A DNA stretch of 64,000 nt from Phormidesmis sp. (GTDB taxonomy: Bacteria; Cyanobacteriota; Cyanobacteriia; Leptolyngbyales; Leptolyngbyaceae). The stretch covers positions 1,216,001 to 1,280,000 of the forward strand of contig CBDFJR010000005.1 of the NCBI GenBank assembly GCA_965248535.1, in the 5' to 3' direction. The translations under genes were made by a program, and so were the position numbers. The stretch's first letter is position 1, and every line of letters starts with the position of its first letter. Shown here piece after piece: positions 50,626-64,000 of this stretch. The notes below the pieces were generated by a model. It saw only the letters and a program-made list of their open reading frames with translations, was not told where the DNA came from and made no database searches.

Positions 50626-51348
50626 CTATTCTGTTTTTGATTGGGCGGGTTCTCTAGAAAAAACCTGTTGAATGCGATCGAGTTCTAGATCTGAGAGATA
50701 GTCTACTGTCCAGTTTGCACAGCGTTGCAGCATGTGAAACGGATAGGTGTTGGCAACCCCAACCACAGGAATGCCTGCTCGTTTGGCGGCGGCAATGCCT
50801 GCAAAGGTGTCTTCGATCGCTAAACATTCATCAGGGCGCAGCTTGAGATCGGGGAAGGCTTGATTTAAGCGATCGATGGCCAGCAGATAGCCATCGGGTT
50901 CGGGTTTGCTCACCGTTAGGTCATCGCTTGACACGATCGTGGTGAAATATTTTTGCAGTTGGCACCGCTCTAAGACTAGCTCGATTTCGCTGAGGCTGGC
51001 ACCACTAACGATCGCGAGTTTGCACTGAGTGGGGCGAAGGTTAAAGATTAAGTCGTCTAGACCCAGATAAGTCGGGAGGGTTTCTAGGGCTGAGAGTTGT
51101 TGCACATAGGCTTTGGCTTTGCGATCGATGAGGTCGTCGAGATAGCGATCGCTGACCTGTCGGCCGCGACTTTCGAGCAGATCTGAGAGACAGGCGCGAT
51201 CGCTGCGACCCAGACATATCTCCCGAAATTCTCCTGGCTTAGAGCGAAGATTTTCTTCGATCAGAAGTTGCTCGATCAGCTTTTCGTGAAGCGGTTCGTC
51301 GTTGATGATCACGCCGTTAAAATCGAAAAGAACTGCTTTGAGCGCCAT
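50626..51348 (-). CDS. HAD family phosphatase
   Basis: LFDFNGVIIND, SKPEPDGY, IEDT.AGI.AAK.AG. Confidence 0.92.
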   Translation of the reverse strand: MALKAVLFDFNGVIINDEPLHEKLIEQLLIEENLRSKPGEFREICLGRSDRACLSDLLESRGRQVSDRYLDDLIDRKAKAYVQQLSALETLPTYLGLDDLIFNLRPTQCKLAIVSGASLSEIELVLERCQLQKYFTTIVSSDDLTVSKPEPDGYLLAIDRLNQAFPDLKLRPDECLAIEDTFAGIAAAKRAGIPVVGVANTYPFHMLQRCANWTVDYLSDLELDRIQQVFSREPAQSKTE

Positions 51349-51593
51349 GAAAAAATGAAAAAGACCACTCTCACTTTACCAGCAGGAGAGAAGCGATCGG
51401 GTTTAACTCTTGATGTCTTGCCCTACCGTAGGCTCGCAAATCGTCGATCGCTCCGTTTCAGTGGGCTGAAAGAACCAAAACGCAGCGATAAAGACTTGTG
51501 TACCTAGTCTCTCGCATCAGTCTCTAGAAAAGCTACCGGATTTGTTTTTATTTTTCTATACTGGTTGCGTAAACCCACTTAGCCCTCTCTCCT

Positions 51594-53677
<2,084 letters not shown>

Positions 53678-53710
53678 GCAAATTTTTGTCGAGCGATCGA
53701 GGTTCTAAAA

Positions 53711-54373
53711 ATGACCACTCAAATCGTCACGCCCGTCACCGTCCCCATCAAAGACATCGTGCTCGAACCCGGCAGCGTCTTGACCATCACAGACATCACC
53801 TGGGAAAAATTTGAAGCCATCTTAGAAGAACTGGGCGAAAAGCGCAGTGCCCGCATCGCCTACAGCAATGGAGTGCTAGAAATTGTATCCCCTTTACCCG
53901 CCCACGAACGTCCCAACCGCATTATTGGAGATATCGTCAAAATCCTGCTGGATGCCCGAAACTTGGATTGGGAAGACTTTGGCTCGACGACCTTTCGACG
54001 CAAAAAAAAGCAAGCCGGATTGGAACCCGACACCTGTTTTTACATCGGAGAGAATGCAACGCGAGTGCGATCGTGCATGATGTCAATGAATTTAGACCTG
54101 TATCCGCCGCCCGACTTAGCCATCGAAGCCGATGTCACCTCAAAAACCACCCTAGAAGCCTACGCCGGAATCCAAGTGCCAGAAGTCTGGATCTACAACA
54201 AAGGCACGCTAAAAATCAATCTGCTCACCAATGGCGACTACCAGGAATCACCCACCAGTCTTGTGTTTCCCGATTTGCCGATCGCCCAACTGATCCCCGA
54301 TCGGGTGCAGCAAGCCATGCAAGCAGGCACCAGTCAAGTTTTGCGGCAACTGCGCCAAGAATTTTCCTCCTAA
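53711..54373 (+). CDS. Uma2 family endonuclease
   Basis: ITWEKFE.IL.ELGE.R..RIAY..G.LEI, GLEPDTCFYI, PPDLAIEAD, VPEVWIY. Confidence 0.92.
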   Translation: MTTQIVTPVTVPIKDIVLEPGSVLTITDITWEKFEAILEELGEKRSARIAYSNGVLEIVSPLPAHERPNRIIGDIVKILLDARNLDWEDFGSTTFRRKKKQAGLEPDTCFYIGENATRVRSCMMSMNLDLYPPPDLAIEADVTSKTTLEAYAGIQVPEVWIYNKGTLKINLLTNGDYQESPTSLVFPDLPIAQLIPDRVQQAMQAGTSQVLRQLRQEFSS

Positions 54374-54386
54374 CGGCAAGATGGCT

Positions 54387-55253
54387 CTAACCGATCGCGG
54401 CCGCCCATTGTCCCTCGCTGTCTTGAGTCAACGGCTTAGGTCTGACTCGCTGACCCGGCAATGGTTTCACCCCACGGGTCACCTGATGAATCCACCAAAA
54501 CTCCTGGGTCTGAACTGCGCCAAACCCGGCGGCTCCCATCCAGGCATCTAAATTGCCAGCCGCATAGTCTTGAATATAGGGTTCTTCAAAGATTTGAGTC
54601 AGCCACTCAGTCTGTCTGAGAGTTTTTTGATTGCCATCTAGAATCAAAACTTCGCCCCCAACGCTCAGAAGTCGATAGCTTTCTTGCAAAATGGTTGCGG
54701 CGATCGCGGGTGGCGTTTCGTGAAACAACAGCGATGCCGTCACCAAATCAAACGACGCATCAGGAAAGCGAGTGTGTTCAGCATTGCCCTGCTGCCATGT
54801 GATCTTTAACCCGGCTTGAGTGGCTTTATGATCAGCAACCACGAGCATATAAGGCGATAAATCGATGCCAATCACGTCTGCATCAGGAAACGCTTGTTTA
54901 AGCAACAGCGTTGTAGAACCTGTGCCACAGCCCAAATCGAGAATGCGACGGGGCTTGGTTTGAATCGAATCAATCAAACTCTGACGCACCCACGTCTCGT
55001 TAGGCGGCAGCGCATATTGCGTAATCGGATCGTAAGAAACCGCAGCACTAATATTTAGATAGCCGTTTTCAATGCTGTGAAAGTGTTGACTGCTGTAGTA
55101 CTCAGGATAGGTGAGTTGCGGATCTCGAAAGCGATCGCTCTCGGTTTGCCAGTCAATGCTTTCATAAAACCGTCGCAGAGCAGGTTCGTCGATCAACAGA
55201 CGAGCGATCGGGGCCAAATATTGTTCAAAAATCGTGTCTTTACGAACTGCCAT
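54387..55253 (-). CDS. Class I SAM-dependent methyltransferase
   Basis: ILDLGCGTGS, GIDLSPYML, FDLVTASLLFHE. Confidence 0.9.
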   Translation of the reverse strand: MAVRKDTIFEQYLAPIARLLIDEPALRRFYESIDWQTESDRFRDPQLTYPEYYSSQHFHSIENGYLNISAAVSYDPITQYALPPNETWVRQSLIDSIQTKPRRILDLGCGTGSTTLLLKQAFPDADVIGIDLSPYMLVVADHKATQAGLKITWQQGNAEHTRFPDASFDLVTASLLFHETPPAIAATILQESYRLLSVGGEVLILDGNQKTLRQTEWLTQIFEEPYIQDYAAGNLDAWMGAAGFGAVQTQEFWWIHQVTRGVKPLPGQRVRPKPLTQDSEGQWAAAIG

Positions 55254-55324
55254 AAGCGTTAGATAAAGTGATTGCGACTTGTTTTAGTTTAGTGAATTCT
55301 AGTCATCGGTGCGCTGATTCAGAA

Positions 55325-56023
55325 TCATTTTCGGAGGTGACTCATGCCGCTGCGATACCAGCGAGCAATGCGATCGGGCGACACCCCTAAAAAATAGGTC
55401 AAAATCACGAGTTGATTGATCAAAGTGGTTCTGACTATGCCCAAAGTTTGCCAGCGCCGCCCAGAGGTGATCACGGCGGGAGATACGATCGCGATTCTTC
55501 CGTGCCGTTTGAGTTGCCTCACTAGCTCAAAATCCTCCATGATCGGCAAAGCAGGAAACCCTCCCAGAGCCTGAAATGTCGTGGTTTTGAGAAAAATAGC
55601 CTGGTCACCATAGGGCATTTGCAAATAGCGCGATCGGGCATTTACGCCCCATTCAATCACTCGCAATTTCCACGAAGGCGCATCAATGGCTAGCCGAAAC
55701 GCTCCCGCGATCACGTTAGGCTGACAAAGCGCATCACGAATCGCCGCGTCAAAGTCTTTGGGCAGTTGTGTATCAGCATGAAGAAATAGCACAATGTTGC
55801 CCGTTGCCTGGGCTGCCCCTGCATTCATTTGATGGGCCCGCCCGATCGCAGATTGAATCACCACAACGCCTAGGGAATGGGCGATCGCTTGCGTCTGATC
55901 TTGACTGCCGCCATCAACCACAATGACTTCTATATCAGCCGCTTGTTTGAGAATGGACAGAGTTTTAGAAAGCTGACGAGCTTCGTTGAGAACGGGAATG
56001 ATAATGGAGATGCTTTCAGTCAC
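55325..56023 (-). CDS. GT2 glycosyltransferase, TIGR04283-like
   Basis: ISIIIPVLNEA, VVDGGSQD, LFLHADT, PYGDQAIF, TSGRRW. Confidence 0.9.
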   Translation of the reverse strand: MTESISIIIPVLNEARQLSKTLSILKQAADIEVIVVDGGSQDQTQAIAHSLGVVVIQSAIGRAHQMNAGAAQATGNIVLFLHADTQLPKDFDAAIRDALCQPNVIAGAFRLAIDAPSWKLRVIEWGVNARSRYLQMPYGDQAIFLKTTTFQALGGFPALPIMEDFELVRQLKRHGRIAIVSPAVITSGRRWQTLGIVRTTLINQLVILTYFLGVSPDRIARWYRSGMSHLRK

Positions 56024-56637
56024 AAGAACGATAACTTCTCCAAATCTTCAGGACGATCAACATCACTGAGCACAGGTAGAGTCACAATGGATAACTGTAG
56101 TGTTTCTGCAATCGTCATTGTCTGCTGATAGACCACAGAAGTGCTCCAATTAATCTCTCGAAATAGATCAGGAATCATAGAGCGCAACCCAATGAGATAA
56201 TAACCACCATCGCTAGCAGAACCGATCACTAAATCATGATCGGCTAGCTTTTGGAATGCTGACGTTAACAGAGACGCATCGAGATCGGGGCAATCAGTCC
56301 CGATCGTGACTACAAATTTTGCGCCGTCATCGAATGCTGATTCAAACGCCTGAGTGATGCGATCGCCCAAATCTCCATCACGCTGAGGGTGATAGTGCAA
56401 ATCAGCCCCTAACCAAGCTTGCATTTGATCCCGATCGCCGTCTGCAAACCACACATCTAGGTCTATGTGCTCGGTTATCAGTCTTGCCTGTGACACCGTG
56501 CGTTCTGCCATTTGGCGATGGAGGGCGGCGGCTCCCGTTGCGCCCAAGGCCGGAATCAGCCGAGTTTTTGCCTTCCCTGGCTCTGGATAGCGCGTGAAAA
56601 TAATAAGGCGGTTCACAGCAGATCCCTGATCGGTCAT
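56020..56637 (-). CDS. TIGR04282-like (DUF2064) transferase
   Basis: FTRYPEPGKAKTRL, IGTDCP, DGGYYLIG, DVDRPEDL; coupled to the GT2 gene. Confidence 0.9.
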   Translation of the reverse strand: MTDQGSAVNRLIIFTRYPEPGKAKTRLIPALGATGAAALHRQMAERTVSQARLITEHIDLDVWFADGDRDQMQAWLGADLHYHPQRDGDLGDRITQAFESAFDDGAKFVVTIGTDCPDLDASLLTSAFQKLADHDLVIGSASDGGYYLIGLRSMIPDLFREINWSTSVVYQQTMTIAETLQLSIVTLPVLSDVDRPEDLEKLSFL

Positions 56638-56771
56638 CAGACTCTCATCTTTAGACAGCTTTTCTACTCTAGAGGAAGATGTTGGCTATCTGACAAAAAC
56701 GGGCAACCACCAGCGATCGCCCGTTTATCCGACACGCCGCATCCCTGCCAACGGTGAGATTTCAACCCTCT

Positions 56772-58091
56772 CTACAGGGTTTCCATCACTGATTTTGCGG
56801 CAGCGATCGTGCGATCGATATCCGCCTCGGTGTGAGCCAACGACATAAAGCCCGCTTCAAACTGAGACGGCGCAAGATAAACCCCTTGCTCTAACATGCC
56901 GCGATGGAAGCGCCCAAACTTAGCTAGGTCGCACTGCTTTGCATCTTCATAATTGCGAACCGGGCCTTCAGTGAAGAAGAAGCCAAACATGCCGCTGATT
57001 GAGCCACCGCAGGCCGCATGGCCCGTGTCTTTAGCCCCTTGCAAAAGTCCGGTGACTAGCCGAGTGGTGACCCGATCGAGCAACTCATAGGTTCCCGGTT
57101 GGTGCAACAGTTCCAGGGTCTTGATCCCCGCGGCCATCGCCAGCGGGTTACCAGACAGCGTTCCTGCCTGATACATCGGGCCGGCCGGAGCAACCATCGC
57201 CATGATGTCTCTGCGACCGCCATAGGCCCCCACAGGCAACCCGCCGCCAATCACTTTCCCCAGCGTCGTCAAGTCTGGAGTGATGCCAAACTTCTCTTGC
57301 GCGCCACCGTAGGCAATGCGAAACCCGGTCATCACTTCGTCAAACACCAGCAGAGCGCCATGCTCACGAGTCAACTCTCGCAAGCCTGCCAAAAAGCCTC
57401 GATCGGGCGGAATGAAGCCCGCGTTGCCAACCACAGGTTCTAAAATCACGCCAGCAATCTCACCGGGATGGGCCTTAAACACTGCCTTCACCGCTTCTAG
57501 ATCGTTAAAAGGCGCTGTCAGCGTGTTGTCTGTCGTCGATTTAGGAACACCTGGAGAGTCGGGTAAGCCTAAAGTCGCTACTCCAGATCCCGCTTTCACC
57601 AAAAACATGTCAGCGTGACCGTGATAACAGCCTTCAAACTTGATGATTTTTTCTCGCCCCGTAAAGGCCCGCATCAAGCGCAACACCGACATACACGCCT
57701 CAGTGCCAGAATTGACAAACCGCACCATTTCGACGCTAGGAACGGCATCAATCACCATTTCAGCTAAGACGTTTTCTAACGCATTGGGAGCGCCAAAACT
57801 CGTCCCTTTCTCTAACGTTTCGTGAAGGGCTTTTAAGACTTCGGGGTGGGCGTGACCGCAAATTGCAGGGCCCCAAGAGCCGATATAGTCGATATATTGG
57901 TTGCCATCGACATCCCACGCATAGGCACCTTTGACATGATCGAACACGATCGGCTGTCCGCCTACCGACTTAAACGCTCGCACCGGGGAACTCACCCCAC
58001 CCGGCATGAGTGCTTGGGCGGCAGCAAAGATTTCTTCTGATTTTGTCGTTCTCAACGTGCTTGTGATCAAAGTTTTCTCCTTAGAATCCAT
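56772..58091 (-). CDS. hemL: Glutamate-1-semialdehyde 2,1-aminomutase
   Basis: [37 protein letters not shown]. Confidence 0.98.
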   Translation of the reverse strand: MDSKEKTLITSTLRTTKSEEIFAAAQALMPGGVSSPVRAFKSVGGQPIVFDHVKGAYAWDVDGNQYIDYIGSWGPAICGHAHPEVLKALHETLEKGTSFGAPNALENVLAEMVIDAVPSVEMVRFVNSGTEACMSVLRLMRAFTGREKIIKFEGCYHGHADMFLVKAGSGVATLGLPDSPGVPKSTTDNTLTAPFNDLEAVKAVFKAHPGEIAGVILEPVVGNAGFIPPDRGFLAGLRELTREHGALLVFDEVMTGFRIAYGGAQEKFGITPDLTTLGKVIGGGLPVGAYGGRRDIMAMVAPAGPMYQAGTLSGNPLAMAAGIKTLELLHQPGTYELLDRVTTRLVTGLLQGAKDTGHAACGGSISGMFGFFFTEGPVRNYEDAKQCDLAKFGRFHRGMLEQGVYLAPSQFEAGFMSLAHTEADIDRTIAAAKSVMETL

Positions 58092-58199
58092 TGCGCTGCC
58101 CCCTGAGTTTGATCTCTAAAGATATTCCTCAAGGTAGGCAGATTTCTAGTTAGAGCCAGCCATACTGATCAATTATCTCACTTACCGGAGGCGGCCAAG

Positions 58200-58421
58200 A
58201 TGTCGTATCAAAACAATCAGGAGTTACCTGCGAGCATTCGCAATCAGCTTTCTGAAACGGCTCAACACTTCTACAGAGTAGCGTTTAACTCTGCTCTCCA
58301 GTGGTATGGCGAAGAGGCAAAGGCTCATCAAATCGCATGGAGCGCGGTTAGAAATCAAGCAGTGAGCTTGAATAGTGGAATCTCCCAAGATGCTCGTCTT
58401 GCAAATGTCAAAGCTGCCTAA
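58200..58421 (+). CDS. ChaB family protein
   Basis: Y..N.ELP.SIR..L...AQ..YR.AFNSA...YG.E..AH.IAWSAV. Confidence 0.85.
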   Translation: MSYQNNQELPASIRNQLSETAQHFYRVAFNSALQWYGEEAKAHQIAWSAVRNQAVSLNSGISQDARLANVKAA

Positions 58422-58714
58422 TTTCTTGATTTTTTGAGTTCAATTTTTAGATTGTGAATTTTTGAGGCGGGTGCCTCGCCCTTGGTTGAGGAGAAATTTC
58501 AAATTAGTTGAAGCAAAAATTTATGGGAGTGCGATTTTGCCAAAAGCGGTTGCTTGGCGATAGGCGTGCTCCCATTTTGCGTTGATGAGGTGCTAAATTT
58601 TCCTAGGCGCGATCGCTGGGCAGTCTAACCGTGGCGCTCTGGCGATGGGGAGATTAGCATCTAGCAGCGATCGCGCAAATGATATCGTGAACAGGTGACT
58701 TATCCACCCGTGCC

Positions 58715-59362
58715 ATGTCAGCCTCTAAATCTCTTTCCATAACATCCATTCCGGTTGAGACTATTCAGTATGACGATCGGGGGTTGGTTCCGGCGATCGT
58801 GCAAGATTATCTTGATGGCACCGTTTTGATGATGGCGTGGATGAATCAAGCATCGCTGCAAAAGACTTTAGAGACAGGCGAAACCTGGTTTTGGAGTCGA
58901 TCGCGTCAAGCATTTTGGAACAAAGGCGCAACGTCAGGACACATCCAAAACGTCAAAGCCATCCGCTATGACTGCGACAGCGATGCGCTGCTGGTCACGG
59001 TTGAGCAGATCGGTGATGTCGCGTGCCACACGGGTGAGCGCAGTTGCTTTCATCAGGTCGATGGTGGCGTGACTCCTCCCCCGGCAGATACGCTGTCGCA
59101 AGTGTTTGGGGTGATCTGCGATCGCCGTGACAACCCCAGCGAAGGCTCCTACACCCGCAGCCTTTTAGAGGGTGGCGATAACAAGATTCTCAAAAAAATT
59201 GGCGAAGAAGCAGCAGAAGTAGTGATGGCCTGCAAAGACGATGATGCAGATGCGATCGCCGGAGAAGCGGCCGACTTGCTTTATCACACGCTGGTGGCGA
59301 TCGCTTACCATCATGTAGACATTAAAGCCGTCTACCGTAAGCTACAGGAGCGGCGGCGCTAG
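58715..59362 (+). CDS. hisIE: Bifunctional phosphoribosyl-AMP cyclohydrolase / phosphoribosyl-ATP pyrophosphatase
   Basis: [38 protein letters not shown]. Confidence 0.97.
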   Translation: MSASKSLSITSIPVETIQYDDRGLVPAIVQDYLDGTVLMMAWMNQASLQKTLETGETWFWSRSRQAFWNKGATSGHIQNVKAIRYDCDSDALLVTVEQIGDVACHTGERSCFHQVDGGVTPPPADTLSQVFGVICDRRDNPSEGSYTRSLLEGGDNKILKKIGEEAAEVVMACKDDDADAIAGEAADLLYHTLVAIAYHHVDIKAVYRKLQERRR

Positions 59363-59366
59363 AGGT

Positions 59367-59558
59367 ATGGAACCCACGACTGATCAGGCTCAGGGACTTT
59401 ACAGACTTTGTTATCGACTAACGAATGTGATCTACCCTGGCTGGCAATTTAGAGCCGTTGAACTGATTAGAATCGATCAACGGACTGGAAACCTCTAGGT
59501 ACTCGCTGGAGATAGCCTTGACTTTGAGATTAAACCAACCGGAGGGTATGAGCCATGA
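59367..59558 (+). pseudogene. DUF6888-like small protein with an internal stop
   Basis: MEPTTDQAQGLYRLCYRLTN...IDQRTGNL*VLAGD..EIKPTG; TAG at 59496; ATGA overlap with the next gene. Confidence 0.6.
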
Positions 59559-59767
59559 CGTTAGCCAATGATGATGCAATGAATCTTGATCAGCTACGTG
59601 AGTATGTTCTCACCCATCGAGAAGACATCACTGCTTTTCAAAAGTACGTCGATCGCTCCAAAGCAGCAGGACGCATGATCACCATTCAAACTAACGATCC
59701 CCACTGGGAAGAAAGCCTGGAAAAGAGAATTCAGCAAGCCGCCTCTGGAGATAGGGAGTCAAATTAG
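59555..59767 (+). CDS. DUF6887-like small protein
   Basis: M...QLREYVLTHRED..AF..YVDR. Confidence 0.7.
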   Translation: MTLANDDAMNLDQLREYVLTHREDITAFQKYVDRSKAAGRMITIQTNDPHWEESLEKRIQQAASGDRESN

Positions 59768-59798
59768 GTTGCCTAAGCGACTTTCTGCGCTTGGTTTT

Positions 59799-59864
59799 GC
59801 GATCGCCTACCACGATGTAGACATCAAAGCCATCTATCGCAAATTGCAGGAGCGAAGGAGATAG
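59799..59864 (+). repeat. Diverged duplicate of the hisIE 3' end beginning at a HIP1 site
   Basis: Encodes [21 protein letters not shown] versus [21 protein letters not shown] at 59297-59362. Confidence 0.92.
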
Positions 59865-59876
59865 AAGCTGCGGTGG

Positions 59877-60743
59877 TTATCGCCTGCCTGCTAACTTCAG
59901 TTTTTGCTTGACGACCAGCCATAAGAATGGTAGGTCATCGATGAGATAGCGTCGCCAGAGGCGATTAGGTTCACACCCTAGACGATAGAGCCACTCTAGA
60001 CCTAGTTGGCTCATCCAGTCTGGCGATCGGGGTTTGTTTCCGGCTTCAAAGTCGATTGAGGCACCCACCGCCATAAAAATATCAATTTTGGGAAGCTGAT
60101 CTTTATAGTTAGAAATCCAGATCTCTTGTTTGGGTGCGCCGACCCCAATCACTAAAACCGTTGCCGGGGAGTGATTGATCATCTGCACGATCGCTTGACA
60201 CTCCCCTTCGTCTTTCTCAAACCCAAAAGAGGGAGAATGGGCCGCCACAATAATGTCTCGTCCGGTTTTGCAGTTGATGCGATCGCGAGCGCGATCGGCA
60301 ATGCCCTCAGCCCCCCCTAACAAAAAGATTTTGATTTTATCGTTAGTTTTATGATGATCACAAAAAACTGGAAAAAGCTCAGAGCCAGAAATCTTGGCTT
60401 GGAGAGGAGACCCCAAAAACTTAGAGGCATAGAGAACAATTTGGCTATCGCAAATCTTATAGTCTGCCATTTCATAAGCCTGGCGGAAGGTTGGGTCATG
60501 CCGCAGCTTCATCAAATGATCGACGTTTGGGGTAAAGACTACCCCTTTGGTGAGTCGCTCTAGAAGCTCAGTTCTCGATAGGTTATCGATTTGAACGTCT
60601 AAGACTTCGACTTTCTCACGGAGTGATGTGCGATTTTCACGAGTGATTTCGTTAGCCGTCGAAGCAAGAACGGCTTTTCTAAAATCTCGATAAAGCCGTT
60701 GCACCTCTTCTTTTTTGACAACCCTTGGAATTTCTTGCGCCAT
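59877..60743 (-). CDS. WecB/TagA/CpsF family glycosyltransferase
   Basis: TPNVDHL, FLLGG, GVGAPKQE.W, VGASIDF, GLEWLYRL..EP.RLWRRY. Confidence 0.93.
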   Translation of the reverse strand: MAQEIPRVVKKEEVQRLYRDFRKAVLASTANEITRENRTSLREKVEVLDVQIDNLSRTELLERLTKGVVFTPNVDHLMKLRHDPTFRQAYEMADYKICDSQIVLYASKFLGSPLQAKISGSELFPVFCDHHKTNDKIKIFLLGGAEGIADRARDRINCKTGRDIIVAAHSPSFGFEKDEGECQAIVQMINHSPATVLVIGVGAPKQEIWISNYKDQLPKIDIFMAVGASIDFEAGNKPRSPDWMSQLGLEWLYRLGCEPNRLWRRYLIDDLPFLWLVVKQKLKLAGRR

Positions 60744-60945
60744 GATAATTCAGCTTGCAAATGACTAGATGCGCCCTATCTCGACTAAAAGGCACGATCG
60801 CATCCCTACAACATAGGGTATGTTAGCAAGCCAGACTCGCGCCATACACCTCTAGTCATAGAGTGCCCAATGTGACTCAGATCTCAGTATTATGATGAAA
60901 TCATCGGAAAGTTTCAGCAACCTTGAATGATTATAAGGGGCTGAC

Positions 60946-61878
60946 TCACAAAACCTTTGCTCTTAACCATGCGATCGGTAGCGCCACGATCTTTTTAGGC
61001 TTTGATACATAGGCCCGTTGGCGAAAATTATCGTAATCGTTGCGCTCAATCACCTCTAAAATCTGACTGTAGAGCATGAGGGCAGACCAGACTGGCCACC
61101 GAGCATCTTGGCTCAGGGCCCCGATGCCACTTTCTGCTAGAGCATAAAACTTGCGCGCTCGTTGAATCTGAAACGCCATCAACGCTCGCCAGCGATCGTC
61201 AACCACGCCCTTGAGCAACTCGGCCTCAGTGTAGTTAAACAGGGCTAAATCTTCGAGCGGCAGATAGATGCGCCCCCGACTAGCATCTTCACCGACATCG
61301 CGCAGAATGTTCGTGAGTTGGTTGGCAATGCCGAGAGCGATCGCTTCATCGATCGGGTGGCTGGTTTTGGGCTGATCCCACGGCGCAGTGGATAGAGTCT
61401 CATCGCGACCCATCACGGTTGTAGACATCAACCCAACGGTGCCTGCGACGCGATAGCAATAGAGTCTTAGCTCATCAAAGGTCTGATAGCGACTGCGATA
61501 CAGATCCATGCGCTGCCCCGCAATCATGTCTTTGAATGGCTCAATATCAAGCGGAAAGCGCTCTAGGGTGTCTACTAGCGCCACATCGTAGTGATCGTGG
61601 GGGTGACCCGCAAAAATGGCTTCGAGTCGTCGCTCCCACTGATCGAGGGTCTCGTTAGTCGTCAAGTTGGCGTTGGGGCCATCGACCAGTTCATCGGTGC
61701 GACGGCACCAGACATAGATTGCCCAGATTGCCCGACGTTTTTCCGCCGACATCAAGAGCGTTCCTAGATAGAACGTTTTGGAATACGTTGCCGTGATTTT
61801 GCGGCAGTGCTCGTAGGCTTCTTCTACAGAAGCCAGGGTTCTCATACAGGAGGTAGTTGGTTCGGGCAATTGCAGCAT
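60946..61878 (-). CDS. crtB: Phytoene synthase
   Basis: [39 protein letters not shown]. Confidence 0.97.
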   Translation of the reverse strand: MLQLPEPTTSCMRTLASVEEAYEHCRKITATYSKTFYLGTLLMSAEKRRAIWAIYVWCRRTDELVDGPNANLTTNETLDQWERRLEAIFAGHPHDHYDVALVDTLERFPLDIEPFKDMIAGQRMDLYRSRYQTFDELRLYCYRVAGTVGLMSTTVMGRDETLSTAPWDQPKTSHPIDEAIALGIANQLTNILRDVGEDASRGRIYLPLEDLALFNYTEAELLKGVVDDRWRALMAFQIQRARKFYALAESGIGALSQDARWPVWSALMLYSQILEVIERNDYDNFRQRAYVSKPKKIVALPIAWLRAKVL

Positions 61879-61915
61879 TCTGTTGCAGTCTGGAGGGTTG
61901 ACAAAGCGCTACTTG

Positions 61916-63394
<1,479 letters not shown>

Positions 63395-64000
63395 TTACAT
63401 TTGCCGTCTTTGACCAGGATTGCTGTCTGCAACCAAAATAAGGAGTTAGGGACGACGCTAGATCCAGCCCTTCACAATTCTTTATATTTTTTGCCCCCGG
63501 CAAAGTCGTTGAGGGCGATCGCGATTCGTGAAGAGAGAGTCTGGGCGAACCTGTTGAGTCTATCGAGGTTTGAGGGTTCGTCGATCAATAGTTTCTGTGA
63601 AGAGCATTTTAGCGAGTTGAGGGAGATCTGCGATCGTCCTTTAGCCATCTCTCGTTTAATGTTGTCAACAGTGTGACAAGCGGGTACTATTTAGCCAAAC
63701 TTGACGCTGTGTTCCGGTCTTCACCAAAATTGCCTGTTCGCGTCAATCAATCTGTGTTCTTTAGACGGTTTGCAACGCCTTGCTCTTTACTCCGATCGCG
63801 ACTACCCAGATTGCAAAGCTCTATCAGCTAACGTTTAGTCGCTGCTTGCAAACCCTCAGTCACCCATTCTGAGAGCCTACCTACCTAAAACTCGGCTAAA
63901 GGCACTTCTCAGTTCTCAGAGGAAAAAATCATCGTGTTAGACTCCAATCCTGTCACCCAAGCATCTGCTGGGGGTGTAAATCTCGCTGCGCCTATCTCGC

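Overview
Cyanobacterial chromosome segment, probably filamentous/Leptolyngbya-like (inferred from abundant HIP1 GCGATCGC octamers, crtP/crtB and a PTPA-CTERM protein). About 1-37.5 kb is accessory and partly decaying. It holds an envelope-modification island (two COG4705 membrane proteins, MFS, uppP, lptF/G-like, DUF2079-like GT-C, PepSY, mprF, a broken PAP2 gene, an OmpR/HK pair), a TPR-CHAT protease operon with an embedded MNT-HEPN pair, and several IS elements, including a nest with a stand-alone large serine recombinase element. About 37.5-64 kb is mostly core (hsp20, dnaK, ilvA, ridA, tRNA-Ala, hemL, hisIE, crtB, crtP) with small inserted cassettes. The strongest unannotated signal is a 20-bp motif, AATCTTTCCAAGTTCTTGAC (11-bp-period TCTT direct repeat). 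It occurs 9 times between 1.6 and 17.6 kb, each time exactly 10 bp upstream of a TAnnnT -10 box. This defines a probable two-component regulon that also includes an unannotated ~76-nt sRNA and an unannotated 52-aa membrane protein. Other notable items are the CHAT/Zn-ribbon/membrane-protein operon, a HIP1-bounded duplication of the hisIE 3' end, and a leader-ORF/RBS-sequestering hairpin next to tRNA-Ala. Some single-base frameshifts may be assembly errors. Family calls come from motif recognition, not database searches.
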